From contig JBGVQK010000026.1 in NCBI GenBank assembly GCA_045127455.1, positions 3,066 to 67,065 of the forward strand: 64,000 nt of DNA. Direction: 5' to 3'. Position 1 is the first letter of the stretch, and every line of letters starts with the position of its first letter. Origin of the DNA: Eubacteriales bacterium. Its GTDB lineage: Bacteria; Bacillota; Clostridia; Oscillospirales; CAG-272. The translations under genes and the position numbers were made by a program. A model generated the notes under the pieces. It was not told where the DNA came from. It made no database searches and saw only the letters and a program-made list of their open reading frames with translations. This document shows positions 44,448 to 52,955 of this stretch, one piece after another.

Positions 44448-44947
44448 TCTATAATATCGCTCACCGAAAAGGAGAAACGAAGCGTACCGGTGTAGGTGTC
44501 GGCTTGCGTAATGTTCTTTTGGTCAATGCGAATAAAACCGTTGGCTTCTCCAACCTCGGTAAAGGTGGCAAACACGTCGCCGCTTTGCAAAGCCTTTTGC
44601 GCATCTGCCTTGGAGAACACCTCGTAGGGGAGCCAGGAGCTGCCGTCGGCATTCTTAAGGGCAAACACACCGTCGTCACCGTAAACGCGAACGTCTATCT
44701 GCTTTCCCTCCAAAAACAAAACCTCGGGAACGCTGATGGTAAAATCCTTTTGATAATAAGAGGTTTCGGGTGTACGTAAAAGATCGGCTGCCGAAATTTC
44801 GGTAGGCACGACCACCGAGTAGGTAGGGCCGTTTGTTGCAATTACGGTTGCCGTAACGTTTGCTTCTTCGGCACAGATCGTTACCGTCATAGCGCCAAGG
44901 AGCAAGAGGATGAGAAGGAGCGAAAAAATCTTAATGGTAGCTTTCAT
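44444..44947 (-). CDS. small secreted protein, paralogous to the C-terminal domain of the adjacent RCC1 protein
   Basis: It has the signal peptide MKATIKIFSLLLILLLLGAMTVTICA. The mature part aligns by eye with the last 135 aa or so of the upstream gene product (PTYSVV-P..., SGD-FA-FT, IRIDQ, Y-G-L-FS-SV). Confidence 0.7.
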   Translation of the reverse strand: MKATIKIFSLLLILLLLGAMTVTICAEEANVTATVIATNGPTYSVVVPTEISAADLLRTPETSYYQKDFTISVPEVLFLEGKQIDVRVYGDDGVFALKNADGSSWLPYEVFSKADAQKALQSGDVFATFTEVGEANGFIRIDQKNITQADTYTGTLRFSFSVSDIIE

Positions 44948-44960
44948 TTTTGACCCCTCC

Positions 44961-46643
44961 TTACTGTTCAACATCCGCAACGGAATAGGAAAAGATCAAC
45001 ACACCGTTGTAAATGCCGGATTGTGAAATTTTGCTTTGGTCGATGCGGATCCATGCGTCCACGCTGCCGTTTTGGGTAAAGATCGCAAAGGTATCGCCGC
45101 TTGCGATAGGGGCTTGCGCGCCCTCGTCGGCAAAGAGCTCAAAGGGAAGAATGATGCCGTTGTTATCCTTGAGGCAAAAGATGCCGCTCTGGTCACCTGA
45201 CTTTACAGAAACCTGAATTTCCTTTTCGCCAAACAAATTGGAAACGTTGTTGACCTCTACCGTAAACTTGGTCAAGCTATGGCGGTTGGGGTCGGTCTCG
45301 TTGGTTTGACGCAGCTCTCCTACGTCAATGGTGGAAGGAATAACAACGGAATAAGTAGGAGCGGGAACAGAGGTGGTAAACTTCATAGGTACGCCCATTA
45401 CGGTAGGTGCTTGTCCCATATCAAGGTCGGAGTCCGTGTCAACCAAAACCTTAACGGGTGTTGATTGCCCTTCGCTGACCTTTCCGTTGCCAAGCTGACC
45501 GCAGGAGTTGTCACCCCAGGTCCAAATAGAGCCATCCTGCGCAATGATCGCACCGTTTTGGTAGCTTGCGGCAATGGCGGTTGCAACGGGGGCTTTTTCT
45601 TCTTCAAAGAGAGGAACAAACGTGGCGGTAGCAGAACCGTCGCCATTGTTGGGCATTCCCGCACCTGCGGTGTAGACCTTTCCATCGACTGTGAGCAAAA
45701 CGGTTTGCGCATCCGAGGTGGCAATGGCGGATACGCCAAGAGCGGCGGTATCGGTCACCTTAAATTTTACGGCAGCTTTGTCGCTCGTCTCGCCGTTTCC
45801 GTACTGACCAAATTTGTTCAGCCCCATAAAACCAACAGTGCCGTCGTTTTGCAAATATGCCGAATGATTTGCACTCAAATCGGCACAAACAATGGGGAGT
45901 GCTCCTTTGGCTTCGGGCAGAGCGGTGGGCAAATGGTTTTCGGGTGGATCTTCAAGTCCCAATACGCTGTTGCTTCCGCTGCCCCACAAATAAACCTTTC
46001 CGTCAACATCAATTGCCGTTACCGAATCGTAGCCTGCGTGAATTTGCTTTACAAAAACACCGCTCAGGGCTTCGATGAGTGTAGGAGTGGCAGAGGCTTT
46101 GGCGGTTGGCTCATATCCAAGCTGGAGCTTATCGTTGAGCCCAAAGGAGTACACCTTTCCGCCCTCGCTCAAAGCAAGCGAGAAGCGGTGACCTGCCGCA
46201 ACGGCAACAATGCTTTTGCCTTGCAAGCCCGCAACAAGAGTTGGGGTGGAAAGCGTGTCACCTGCAGCGGTTCCAAGCTGACCTGCCTCGTTGTTTCCCC
46301 AAGCGTAAACGTTGCCGTCGGAGCCAAGCATCAAAACGTGGTCGAAGCCTGCGCTAACAGATACGGCAGTAACGTTTTGGGAAAGCGGGATCTGGGTAGG
46401 GGCGGTGATATTGGTTCCTGTCTCCTTTGAGGATGCCGTTCCCAAAACGCCGCTTGCGTTATCGCCCCAGCCCCAAATTTCGCCGGATGCGGTTTGCACG
46501 ATGATAAATTTGTTTCCTATGGTAATCATAGGAGCGATAGAGGAAGGGGATGCTGTGGTAGAAAGAGTAAAAGCGGTTGTGAGCGCCAAAAGAATGCACA
46601 AGAGAGTCAAAAGGCACAACACACGTTTTACGCGATGTCGCAT
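44961..46643 (-). CDS. secreted RCC1-repeat beta-propeller protein with an unknown C-terminal beta-rich domain
   Basis: It has a signal peptide and about 7 blades with W/Y-x-W-G-x-N-x-x-GQLG signatures (WGWGDNASGVLG, YAWGNNEAGQLG, WTWGDNSCGQLGNG and others). A C-terminal domain of about 135 aa follows. Confidence 0.85.
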   Translation of the reverse strand: MRHRVKRVLCLLTLLCILLALTTAFTLSTTASPSSIAPMITIGNKFIIVQTASGEIWGWGDNASGVLGTASSKETGTNITAPTQIPLSQNVTAVSVSAGFDHVLMLGSDGNVYAWGNNEAGQLGTAAGDTLSTPTLVAGLQGKSIVAVAAGHRFSLALSEGGKVYSFGLNDKLQLGYEPTAKASATPTLIEALSGVFVKQIHAGYDSVTAIDVDGKVYLWGSGSNSVLGLEDPPENHLPTALPEAKGALPIVCADLSANHSAYLQNDGTVGFMGLNKFGQYGNGETSDKAAVKFKVTDTAALGVSAIATSDAQTVLLTVDGKVYTAGAGMPNNGDGSATATFVPLFEEEKAPVATAIAASYQNGAIIAQDGSIWTWGDNSCGQLGNGKVSEGQSTPVKVLVDTDSDLDMGQAPTVMGVPMKFTTSVPAPTYSVVIPSTIDVGELRQTNETDPNRHSLTKFTVEVNNVSNLFGEKEIQVSVKSGDQSGIFCLKDNNGIILPFELFADEGAQAPIASGDTFAIFTQNGSVDAWIRIDQSKISQSGIYNGVLIFSYSVADVEQ

Positions 46644-46672
46644 AGCAAATTCTCCTTGGATGTGAATTTCTA

Positions 46673-49303
46673 TTATTTGAGCATACCTGCAAGGGTAGCG
46701 TTTGCAGATGCAAGTGCCTCTGCGATCTTTTCGGTGTCGCGTCCGCCAGCCATAGCGTTGTCGGGGCGTCCACCACCCTTACCGCCGGTAACGGCAGCAA
46801 CGGCACCAACCAATTTACCTGCGTGCGAGCCTGCGGCAACGGCATTCTTGCCTGCAATTGCGAGGAAGTTGAGCTTGCCCTCGGGAGCGATTGCAAGAAC
46901 GGCAACTACGTCGTCGTAACGAGCCTTAATTTCATCAGCAAGCGAGCGTGCAGCGTCAACCTGCATATTGCCCATATCGGCAGCAACGAGGCGAACAGAG
47001 CCAACGCTAACAGCCTCAGCCATAATGCTATCGAGCTTAGAAGCGGCAATTTTGGAGTTGAGAGATTCGATCTCCTTCTTCATTGCCGAAATTTCGCTTT
47101 GCATTTGTGCGGCGCGCTTTGCAAGGTCTGCGGGCTTTTGCACCTTCATTTCCTTTGCGGTGTCGGCAATCAGAGCGTTCTTTTCTGCCAAGAGGCGGAG
47201 GACGCCCTCGCCCGTGGTAGCTTCAATACGACGTACGCCTGCGGCAACAGAGGACTCGGAAAGGATCTTGAAGAGTCCGATCTTTGCGGTATTGTCTACG
47301 TGCGTACCGCCGCAGAATTCAACAGAGCTTTCGCCCATGCGAACAACGCGAACGATCTTGCCGTACTTTTCGCCAAACAGAGCCATAGCACCAAGCTTTT
47401 TAGCTTCGTCAATGGGCATTTCGGTCATAGAACCGACCTGACCTGCAAGGATCTCAAAGTTTACAATATTTTCTACTTCTGCAATTTCCTCAGCGGTCAT
47501 AGCAGAGAAGTGGGTGAAGTCAAAGCGGCAAACGGTATCAGATACGTAAGAACCCGATTGCTCAACGTGATTGCCGAGAACACGACGGAGTGCGCTCTGG
47601 AGCAGATGGCAAGCCGAGTGATTTCTCATAATTGCCTCGCGACGGTGAGCGTCAACTCTTGCATCAACCACGTCGCCTACCTTCAATACACCGTTTGCAA
47701 CGGTGCCAAGGTGAATATAAATGCCGTCGGTCTTTTTGGTGTCGGTAACGGTGATAACTGCCTCACCGCAAACGAGCGTGCCGGTGTCACCGATCTGACC
47801 ACCGCCCTCACCGTAGAAGGGGGTGGTGTCAAGAATAACGGTGCAGTCACCCTCGGATACTTCGTTTACAGACATATCGTCAGCAAGAATGGCAAGAACC
47901 TTAGCGCTTGCATTCATAGAATCGTAGCCAACAAAGTTGGTTGCGGGGATGTCAGCCAAGAGGTTCTTGGAAGCATCGGACCAACCGCTGATGTTAGCGC
48001 GTGCCTCACGTGCGCGAACCTTTTGCTCTTGCATCAGAGCGGTGAAGCGAGCCTCGTCAATGGCAAGACCTGCTTCCTCTGCGATCTCGCGCGTGAGGTC
48101 GATGGGGAAGCCGTAGGTATCGTAAAGCTTGAATACGTCCTCGCCCGAAAGGGTGGTGAGGTTGTTACTCTTTGCATCTTCAACAAGCTTGTTCAGGATG
48201 GAGAGACCTGCATCAATGGTTGCATCAAAGCGTTCTTCTTCAATTGCGATAACCTTGAGGATATAGTCCTTCTTTTCAGCCAGCTCGGGGTAAGCACCCT
48301 CGGATTCGCCAATGGCGATCACGCCAAGCTCGGGCAGGAAGGAGCGGTTGATGCCAAGGAGCTTACCGTGGCGGCAAGCGCGGCGCAAAATGCGGCGCAA
48401 TACGTATCCACGACCCTCGTTGGAGGGGATAACGCCGTCGGAGATCATAAAGGTTGCGGAGCGGATGTGGTCGGTGATAACACGAATGGAAATATCGGTG
48501 TTCTTGTCAACGCCGTATTCCTTACCTGCAATTGCGCAAACGTTGTCAAGCACCTTGCGAATGGTGTCAACCTCGAACATATTGTTTACGCCCTGCATAA
48601 CGCAAGCGAGACGCTCAAGACCCATACCGGTGTCGATGTTCTTTTGTGCGAGCTCAGTATAAGTGCCGTCGCCCATGTTGTTGAACTGTGAGAACACATT
48701 GTTCCAAATTTCCATAAAGCGGTCGCAGTCGCAACCGGGCTTGCAGTCGGGAGACCCACAGCCATATTTGATGCCGCGGTCGAAATAAATCTCGGAGCAG
48801 GGGCCGCAAGGACCTGTGCCGTGCTCCCAGAAGTTATCAGCCTTACCAAGGCGCACGATATGCTCGGGATTTACGCCAACCTTGTTGACCCAAATTTCGT
48901 AAGCCTGCTCGTCCTCTTCGTAAATAGAGGGCCAGAGAAGGTCGGTGGGAATTTCAAGCGTTTCGGTCAAAAATTCCCAAGCCCACGGAATTGCTTCTTC
49001 CTTAAAGTAATCTCCAAAGGAGAAGTTGCCAAGCATTTCAAAGAACGTGCCGTGGCGAGCGGTATGTCCAACTCTCTCAAGGTCGGGGGTGCGGATGCAC
49101 TTTTGGCAAGTGGTTACGCGATGGCGCGGAGGTTCTTCCTCACCCGTAAAGAATTTCTTCATGGGTGCCATGCCCGAGTTGATGAGCAACAGAGATTTGT
49201 CATTGATAGGAACGAGCGGGAAAGAGGGAAGGCGCAGATGTCCTTTGGACTCAAAGAATGCCAAGTACTTTTCACGCAGTTCGTTAAGGGATGTCCATTT
49301 CAT
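46673..49303 (-). CDS. alaS: alanine--tRNA ligase
   Basis: 876 aa starting MKWTSLNELREKYLAFFESKGH, with class II and editing motifs (HxxxH...CGGTH). The tracked ORF extends 110 codons further 5' through the promoter, so the start was trimmed to the ATG at 49303. Confidence 0.95.
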   Translation of the reverse strand: MKWTSLNELREKYLAFFESKGHLRLPSFPLVPINDKSLLLINSGMAPMKKFFTGEEEPPRHRVTTCQKCIRTPDLERVGHTARHGTFFEMLGNFSFGDYFKEEAIPWAWEFLTETLEIPTDLLWPSIYEEDEQAYEIWVNKVGVNPEHIVRLGKADNFWEHGTGPCGPCSEIYFDRGIKYGCGSPDCKPGCDCDRFMEIWNNVFSQFNNMGDGTYTELAQKNIDTGMGLERLACVMQGVNNMFEVDTIRKVLDNVCAIAGKEYGVDKNTDISIRVITDHIRSATFMISDGVIPSNEGRGYVLRRILRRACRHGKLLGINRSFLPELGVIAIGESEGAYPELAEKKDYILKVIAIEEERFDATIDAGLSILNKLVEDAKSNNLTTLSGEDVFKLYDTYGFPIDLTREIAEEAGLAIDEARFTALMQEQKVRAREARANISGWSDASKNLLADIPATNFVGYDSMNASAKVLAILADDMSVNEVSEGDCTVILDTTPFYGEGGGQIGDTGTLVCGEAVITVTDTKKTDGIYIHLGTVANGVLKVGDVVDARVDAHRREAIMRNHSACHLLQSALRRVLGNHVEQSGSYVSDTVCRFDFTHFSAMTAEEIAEVENIVNFEILAGQVGSMTEMPIDEAKKLGAMALFGEKYGKIVRVVRMGESSVEFCGGTHVDNTAKIGLFKILSESSVAAGVRRIEATTGEGVLRLLAEKNALIADTAKEMKVQKPADLAKRAAQMQSEISAMKKEIESLNSKIAASKLDSIMAEAVSVGSVRLVAADMGNMQVDAARSLADEIKARYDDVVAVLAIAPEGKLNFLAIAGKNAVAAGSHAGKLVGAVAAVTGGKGGGRPDNAMAGGRDTEKIAEALASANATLAGMLK

Positions 49304-49349
49304 AGGGGTATATCCTTTCGATTGATTCGATAAATTTGCATACGTAGCA

Positions 49350-49378
49350 AGTATAACACAAAAAGCGTGGAATGTCAA
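49350..49378 (-). promoter_or_regulatory. sigma-A promoter of alaS
   Basis: The minus strand reads TTGACA, 17-nt spacer, TATACT. The leader is short, about 45 nt. Confidence 0.7.
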
Positions 49379-49481
49379 TTCTTTTATACAAAAAAGTAGG
49401 GAATTGACGAAAAAACGACCCGTAAAATTTTCTCTGTTGCTTTGAAAAAGAAGGAAAGGACACAAAAAATCGACAGAGTTA

Positions 49482-49510
49482 TTGTTTTCTCTGCCGATTT
49501 GTGCTATAAT
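49482..49510 (+). promoter_or_regulatory. promoter of the AT-rich membrane-protein gene
   Basis: TTGTTT, 17-nt spacer, TGcTATAAT (extended -10). Confidence 0.6.
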
Positions 49511-49626
49511 GAAACTATATCGTAAGGCGGATACGGAGTTTGCCCGAAGCCTTTGTAATACAAATATAAAACTTGCGGTAAAATAGAACGGTAAATAAGA
49601 ATTTGACGAGGAGGGTGTTAACAAAG

Positions 49627-50493
49627 ATGGCAATAAATACGACGAAAAAAGAAAATATATATTTTATAATCAACTGTTTGGTTATTTTTATTATTGGATT
49701 TGGAACATTTATTTACTCAATACATCCCGATTTTAGTGACTTTCGAAATTCTATATATGGATTAATAGTTAATTTTTTGGTTTTAGCAGGAATAATACTG
49801 TATGTAACTTTATCCCGTAAAATCAGTATGCCGTTGTTAGGAAAAATCACAGTTTGGGTATATGGCTTGTTATTTTTATTATCAGGCGTTTTCGATTTTG
49901 GAAGAATAGAACTGCTTTTCTTTTTTATCTACGCCATCGTTAATGTTTGTGTTGCTATATATTTATATAAAAGACAAGGTATTGCTTATAAAAGCATTTT
50001 GTTATTCGGTGTCTTTTCATATTTAACAACTTCGTTTGTCGTGTTAAGGGTAAAATACTTGCACAATGAATTTACTTCACCTTTTATGTGGGTGGCAATT
50101 ATCGTATCAATTATAGTATTTATTCCGTGCTTAATTTATGTTATCAGATATTATAAAAGATATGGAGTTTGGGAGACACATATTGCCTTACCTTTTTCGG
50201 CGTTGCTGATCAGCTTTGTATTAGTATGGATGACACTCTCATCTATGAATATTTATTTGGACACGTCTACTCCTACATATGAGGAATATATCATTATAGA
50301 CAAAGATATTAGAGCAGGTTCAAGGCAAGCAACAACTTATGAGCTTGAAGTCAAAAAAGACGACACTACTTTTACGATTGGAGTTTCTGAAAAAACATAT
50401 TATGACTATGAGATAAATGATACAATTCAGTTATCCATATATAGCGGAGCATTTAACGAGCCGTATTATATACATGAAAACAATAGCGACTAA
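49627..50493 (+). CDS. orphan polytopic membrane protein, strongly AT-rich gene
   Basis: 288 aa with about 6 TM helices and a C-terminal soluble beta-rich segment of about 90 aa. Composition and codon use are unlike the neighbours. Confidence 0.6.
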   Translation: MAINTTKKENIYFIINCLVIFIIGFGTFIYSIHPDFSDFRNSIYGLIVNFLVLAGIILYVTLSRKISMPLLGKITVWVYGLLFLLSGVFDFGRIELLFFFIYAIVNVCVAIYLYKRQGIAYKSILLFGVFSYLTTSFVVLRVKYLHNEFTSPFMWVAIIVSIIVFIPCLIYVIRYYKRYGVWETHIALPFSALLISFVLVWMTLSSMNIYLDTSTPTYEEYIIIDKDIRAGSRQATTYELEVKKDDTTFTIGVSEKTYYDYEINDTIQLSIYSGAFNEPYYIHENNSD

Positions 50494-50532
50494 TGTGTCA
50501 AATTCCAATTTGTCGGGATGATGATAAAAAGT

Positions 50533-50563
50533 GAGGGCTGACGATTCATTTTCGTCGGCCCTC
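50533..50563. terminator. hairpin between convergent genes
   Basis: gagggctgacga-ttcatt-ttcgtcggccctc. A T-run follows it on the minus strand. Confidence 0.6.
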
Positions 50564-50598
50564 AAAAAAATGGATAAGAGAAAACGAAGGCAAAACAA

Positions 50599-50636
50599 CC
50601 GCTGAGGAATCTTACGAAACCTCAGCGGCGTTTTTA
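50599..50636. terminator. hairpin terminator between convergent genes
   Basis: ccgctgagg-aatcttacgaaa-cctcagcgg followed by cgttttt. Confidence 0.65.
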
Positions 50637-50639
50637 CGT

Positions 50640-51293
50640 TTATCTGATTACCGAAGAATGACTATAGATATAGAATTCCTCTTGGCTCGGCATCCACTTC
50701 TTTTCTTTTGGTGGAAAAGCGGCGTCAAAGGCTTCAACTGCGGCGATGTCCTCACAGCAATCGGCGGCGGTTGAGGGGATGTACATCCACTTTCTGCCGT
50801 CAAGTGCGTTCGGTACAAGCTCGCAAACGAGAAGCGCCGTCGGGAAGTTTCCGTCCACGATGAAGCTGACGTTCTTCTTTTTGCAATTTACGAAACCACG
50901 GCTGACGTAGTTGCCCGGATTGCCGAAGTTGATGTTTACATCATAGCCCATCTTTCGTGCAACATCAAAGGAATGCTCGATCAAGATCTTGCCGAGCTTC
51001 TGCCTCTGATATTCGGGAGCGACGCAAAGCGGCCCGAAGGAAAGAATTTCCTTGCGTTCACCGTTCTCGTCTTCAAGCCAAGCCTTGGTGTACATGATAT
51101 TGCCGACGATCTTGCCGTCAAGTTCAAGCACGAATGCAAGCTCGGGGATGAAGTCGGGATGCGAGCGCATCGTATGGACGAAATAATGCTCGTCTGCGCC
51201 CGGCTTATAGACGTTCCAAAATGCCTCGCGTGTAAGTTCTTCTACTGCTCTGTAATCTTTTTCTGTTTCTAAACGCATCGTCAAATTTTTCAT
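50640..51293 (-). CDS. GNAT-family N-acetyltransferase
   Basis: The acetyl-CoA-binding pattern V.PEYQRQKLGKILIEH and the size (217 aa) fit a GNAT. An AAAGGA RBS precedes the ATG at 51293. Confidence 0.8.
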   Translation of the reverse strand: MKNLTMRLETEKDYRAVEELTREAFWNVYKPGADEHYFVHTMRSHPDFIPELAFVLELDGKIVGNIMYTKAWLEDENGERKEILSFGPLCVAPEYQRQKLGKILIEHSFDVARKMGYDVNINFGNPGNYVSRGFVNCKKKNVSFIVDGNFPTALLVCELVPNALDGRKWMYIPSTAADCCEDIAAVEAFDAAFPPKEKKWMPSQEEFYIYSHSSVIR

Positions 51294-51446
51294 TTTTAAT
51301 CCTTTCATATCTGTTGACGCTCAGGCACGAGAGGAATGCTGAGAGTGTATTTGCAAACCTCTCGTTTACAGTACAATCTCCAAAAGGTTGGTGTTTTTCA
51401 AACAGCACACTCCAATAAAAATATTCAAGCCGAGGCTTGTAGATAC

Positions 51447-51475
51447 ATTATACCACAAAAATGTGAATAGTTCAA
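51447..51475 (-). promoter_or_regulatory. sigma-A promoter about 150 nt upstream of the GNAT gene
   Basis: The minus strand reads TTGAAC, 17-nt spacer (with TG), TATAAT. Confidence 0.6.
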
Positions 51476-51582
51476 CCCCATAGGCATATAAATGACAATT
51501 TGTCCATCAGAATAAACGAACCCCGACAGATTTTCAAAATCTATCGGGGTCATTATTTTGTGAGCGCTTTTTTGAAGGGGGT

Positions 51583-51621
51583 GCGGGGGGAACGTTTTTC
51601 TCGCGAAAAAAGTTCCCCCCG
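51583..51621 (-). terminator. strong GC hairpin after the Mrp gene (no clear U-tract)
   Basis: gcggggggaac ... gttccccccgc lies 20 nt past the stop codon. Confidence 0.5.
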
Positions 51622-51640
51622 CAATCTCTTAAAACAAAAC

Positions 51641-52486
51641 TCACGCTTGCGTCAAATTGAGCTTTTCAATCACAGCCTGCGCTGCCTTATCCATATAATC
51701 GTTTTCCATCAGCTCGATCATTCCGCGGTCAACGAGGGCGGAGAGCTTGGGATCCATGGGAATGCGAGCGAGCAGATCGTAACCGAATTTTTCGGCAACC
51801 TCTTCGATGTGGCTGTCGCCAAACACCTTGATCTCCTTGCCGCAGTCGGGGCACTTGACGTAGCTCATATTCTCAACAAGTCCGAGAACGGGTACGTTCA
51901 TCATTTTTGCCATGTTGGCAGCCTTGCTGACGATCATCGAAACGAGATCCTGAGGGCTGGAAACGATCACAACACCGTCAAGCGGCAGAGATTGGAACAC
52001 CGTCAGCGGTACGTCGCCCGTACCGGGAGGGCAGTCGACGAGGAGAACGTCAACGTCCCAAATGGTCTCGGTCCAAAATTGTTGAACCGTTCCCGCGATC
52101 ATCGCGCCACGCCAAATAACGGGCTTGGTCTCGTCGTTGCCGAGCAGCAGGTTGACAGAGATCATATCAATTCCCGTTTTGGTGCGAGGGGGGATCATTC
52201 CGTTTTCGTCGCCAAAGACCTCAACGTTGTGAAGGCCGAACGCCTTGGGGATAGAGGGGCCGGTAATGTCGGCATCGAGAATGCCAACCTTGTATCCCTC
52301 TCTTTGCAAAAGAACGGCAAGCATAGAGGTGACGAGCGATTTACCAACGCCGCCCTTGCCGCTAACAACTCCTATAACGTGCTTTACGTCGCTCAGCGCA
52401 TTTGCAGGGATCTGCAGGCTCTGCGGCTTTTCTCTTGAAGCGCAATTGCTGGAGCAAGTAGAGCAATCATGTGTACATTCAGACAT
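51641..52486 (-). CDS. Mrp/NBP35 (ApbC) family Fe-S cluster carrier ATPase
   Basis: Deviant Walker A GKGGVGKS, the C-x-x-C motif CPDC, and an N-terminal Cys-rich stretch CTHDCSTCSSNC. Confidence 0.88.
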   Translation of the reverse strand: MSECTHDCSTCSSNCASREKPQSLQIPANALSDVKHVIGVVSGKGGVGKSLVTSMLAVLLQREGYKVGILDADITGPSIPKAFGLHNVEVFGDENGMIPPRTKTGIDMISVNLLLGNDETKPVIWRGAMIAGTVQQFWTETIWDVDVLLVDCPPGTGDVPLTVFQSLPLDGVVIVSSPQDLVSMIVSKAANMAKMMNVPVLGLVENMSYVKCPDCGKEIKVFGDSHIEEVAEKFGYDLLARIPMDPKLSALVDRGMIELMENDYMDKAAQAVIEKLNLTQA

Positions 52487-52530
52487 TTTTGATATCCTTC
52501 TTTCTCTGTTTGAATTTTTACTCAATAGAT

Positions 52531-52558
52531 ATTATACACCCTTTTTTCAAAAAGGCAA
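52531..52558 (-). promoter_or_regulatory. promoter of the Mrp gene with an upstream A/T block
   Basis: The minus strand reads TTGCCT, 16-nt spacer, TATAAT. It is preceded by ctttttttcaaaaag. Confidence 0.55.
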
Positions 52559-52585
52559 GACTTTTTGAAAAAAAGTAGAAAAAAC

Positions 52586-52954
52586 TTATGGAAGCGTTTC
52601 GACGTAAGAATTGTAATATTGTTCTTGAAAATGCACCATTGCCGCGATTTCCTCCGCCGTAAAGGTCATTCCTTCGGGCGCGCCGACGAGCTTGTCCTCC
52701 ACATCGTCCTCGCGGTGCACAATGGCAATGATGTGTGCGTCAAATTCTTTTACGGGAGCATCCACGCCCAAAAGATAAACGTCCATCTCTTCACCGTCTC
52801 CACCGAGCACGCCCGGAATATAGCCGTAATTGATGGGATAGACGAGGTCGTATTCTCCCTTGTGATGCACGTAGCCGATGGGGCGGTCAATTTCGATATG
52901 CACCGTTTTGCCAAGATATGAGCGCGCGAGCGCTTTTCTTTCTTCAAAGGTCAT
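52586..52954 (-). CDS. small inorganic-diphosphatase-like protein
   Basis: 122 aa with the pattern YPINYGYIPG..GGDGEEMDVYLLG, resembling family-I PPase acidic motifs. Confidence 0.5.
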   Translation of the reverse strand: MTFEERKALARSYLGKTVHIEIDRPIGYVHHKGEYDLVYPINYGYIPGVLGGDGEEMDVYLLGVDAPVKEFDAHIIAIVHREDDVEDKLVGAPEGMTFTAEEIAAMVHFQEQYYNSYVETLP

Positions 52955-52955
52955 T

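Noticed and set aside
49304-49633. I looked for a T-box leader upstream of alaS, and the alaS ORF extends 110 codons at its 5' end.
   Set aside because: A consensus promoter lies only about 45 nt upstream of the ATG at 49303. I found no specifier-loop or T-box (AGGGUGGUACCGCG-like) sequence. The extension crosses that promoter.
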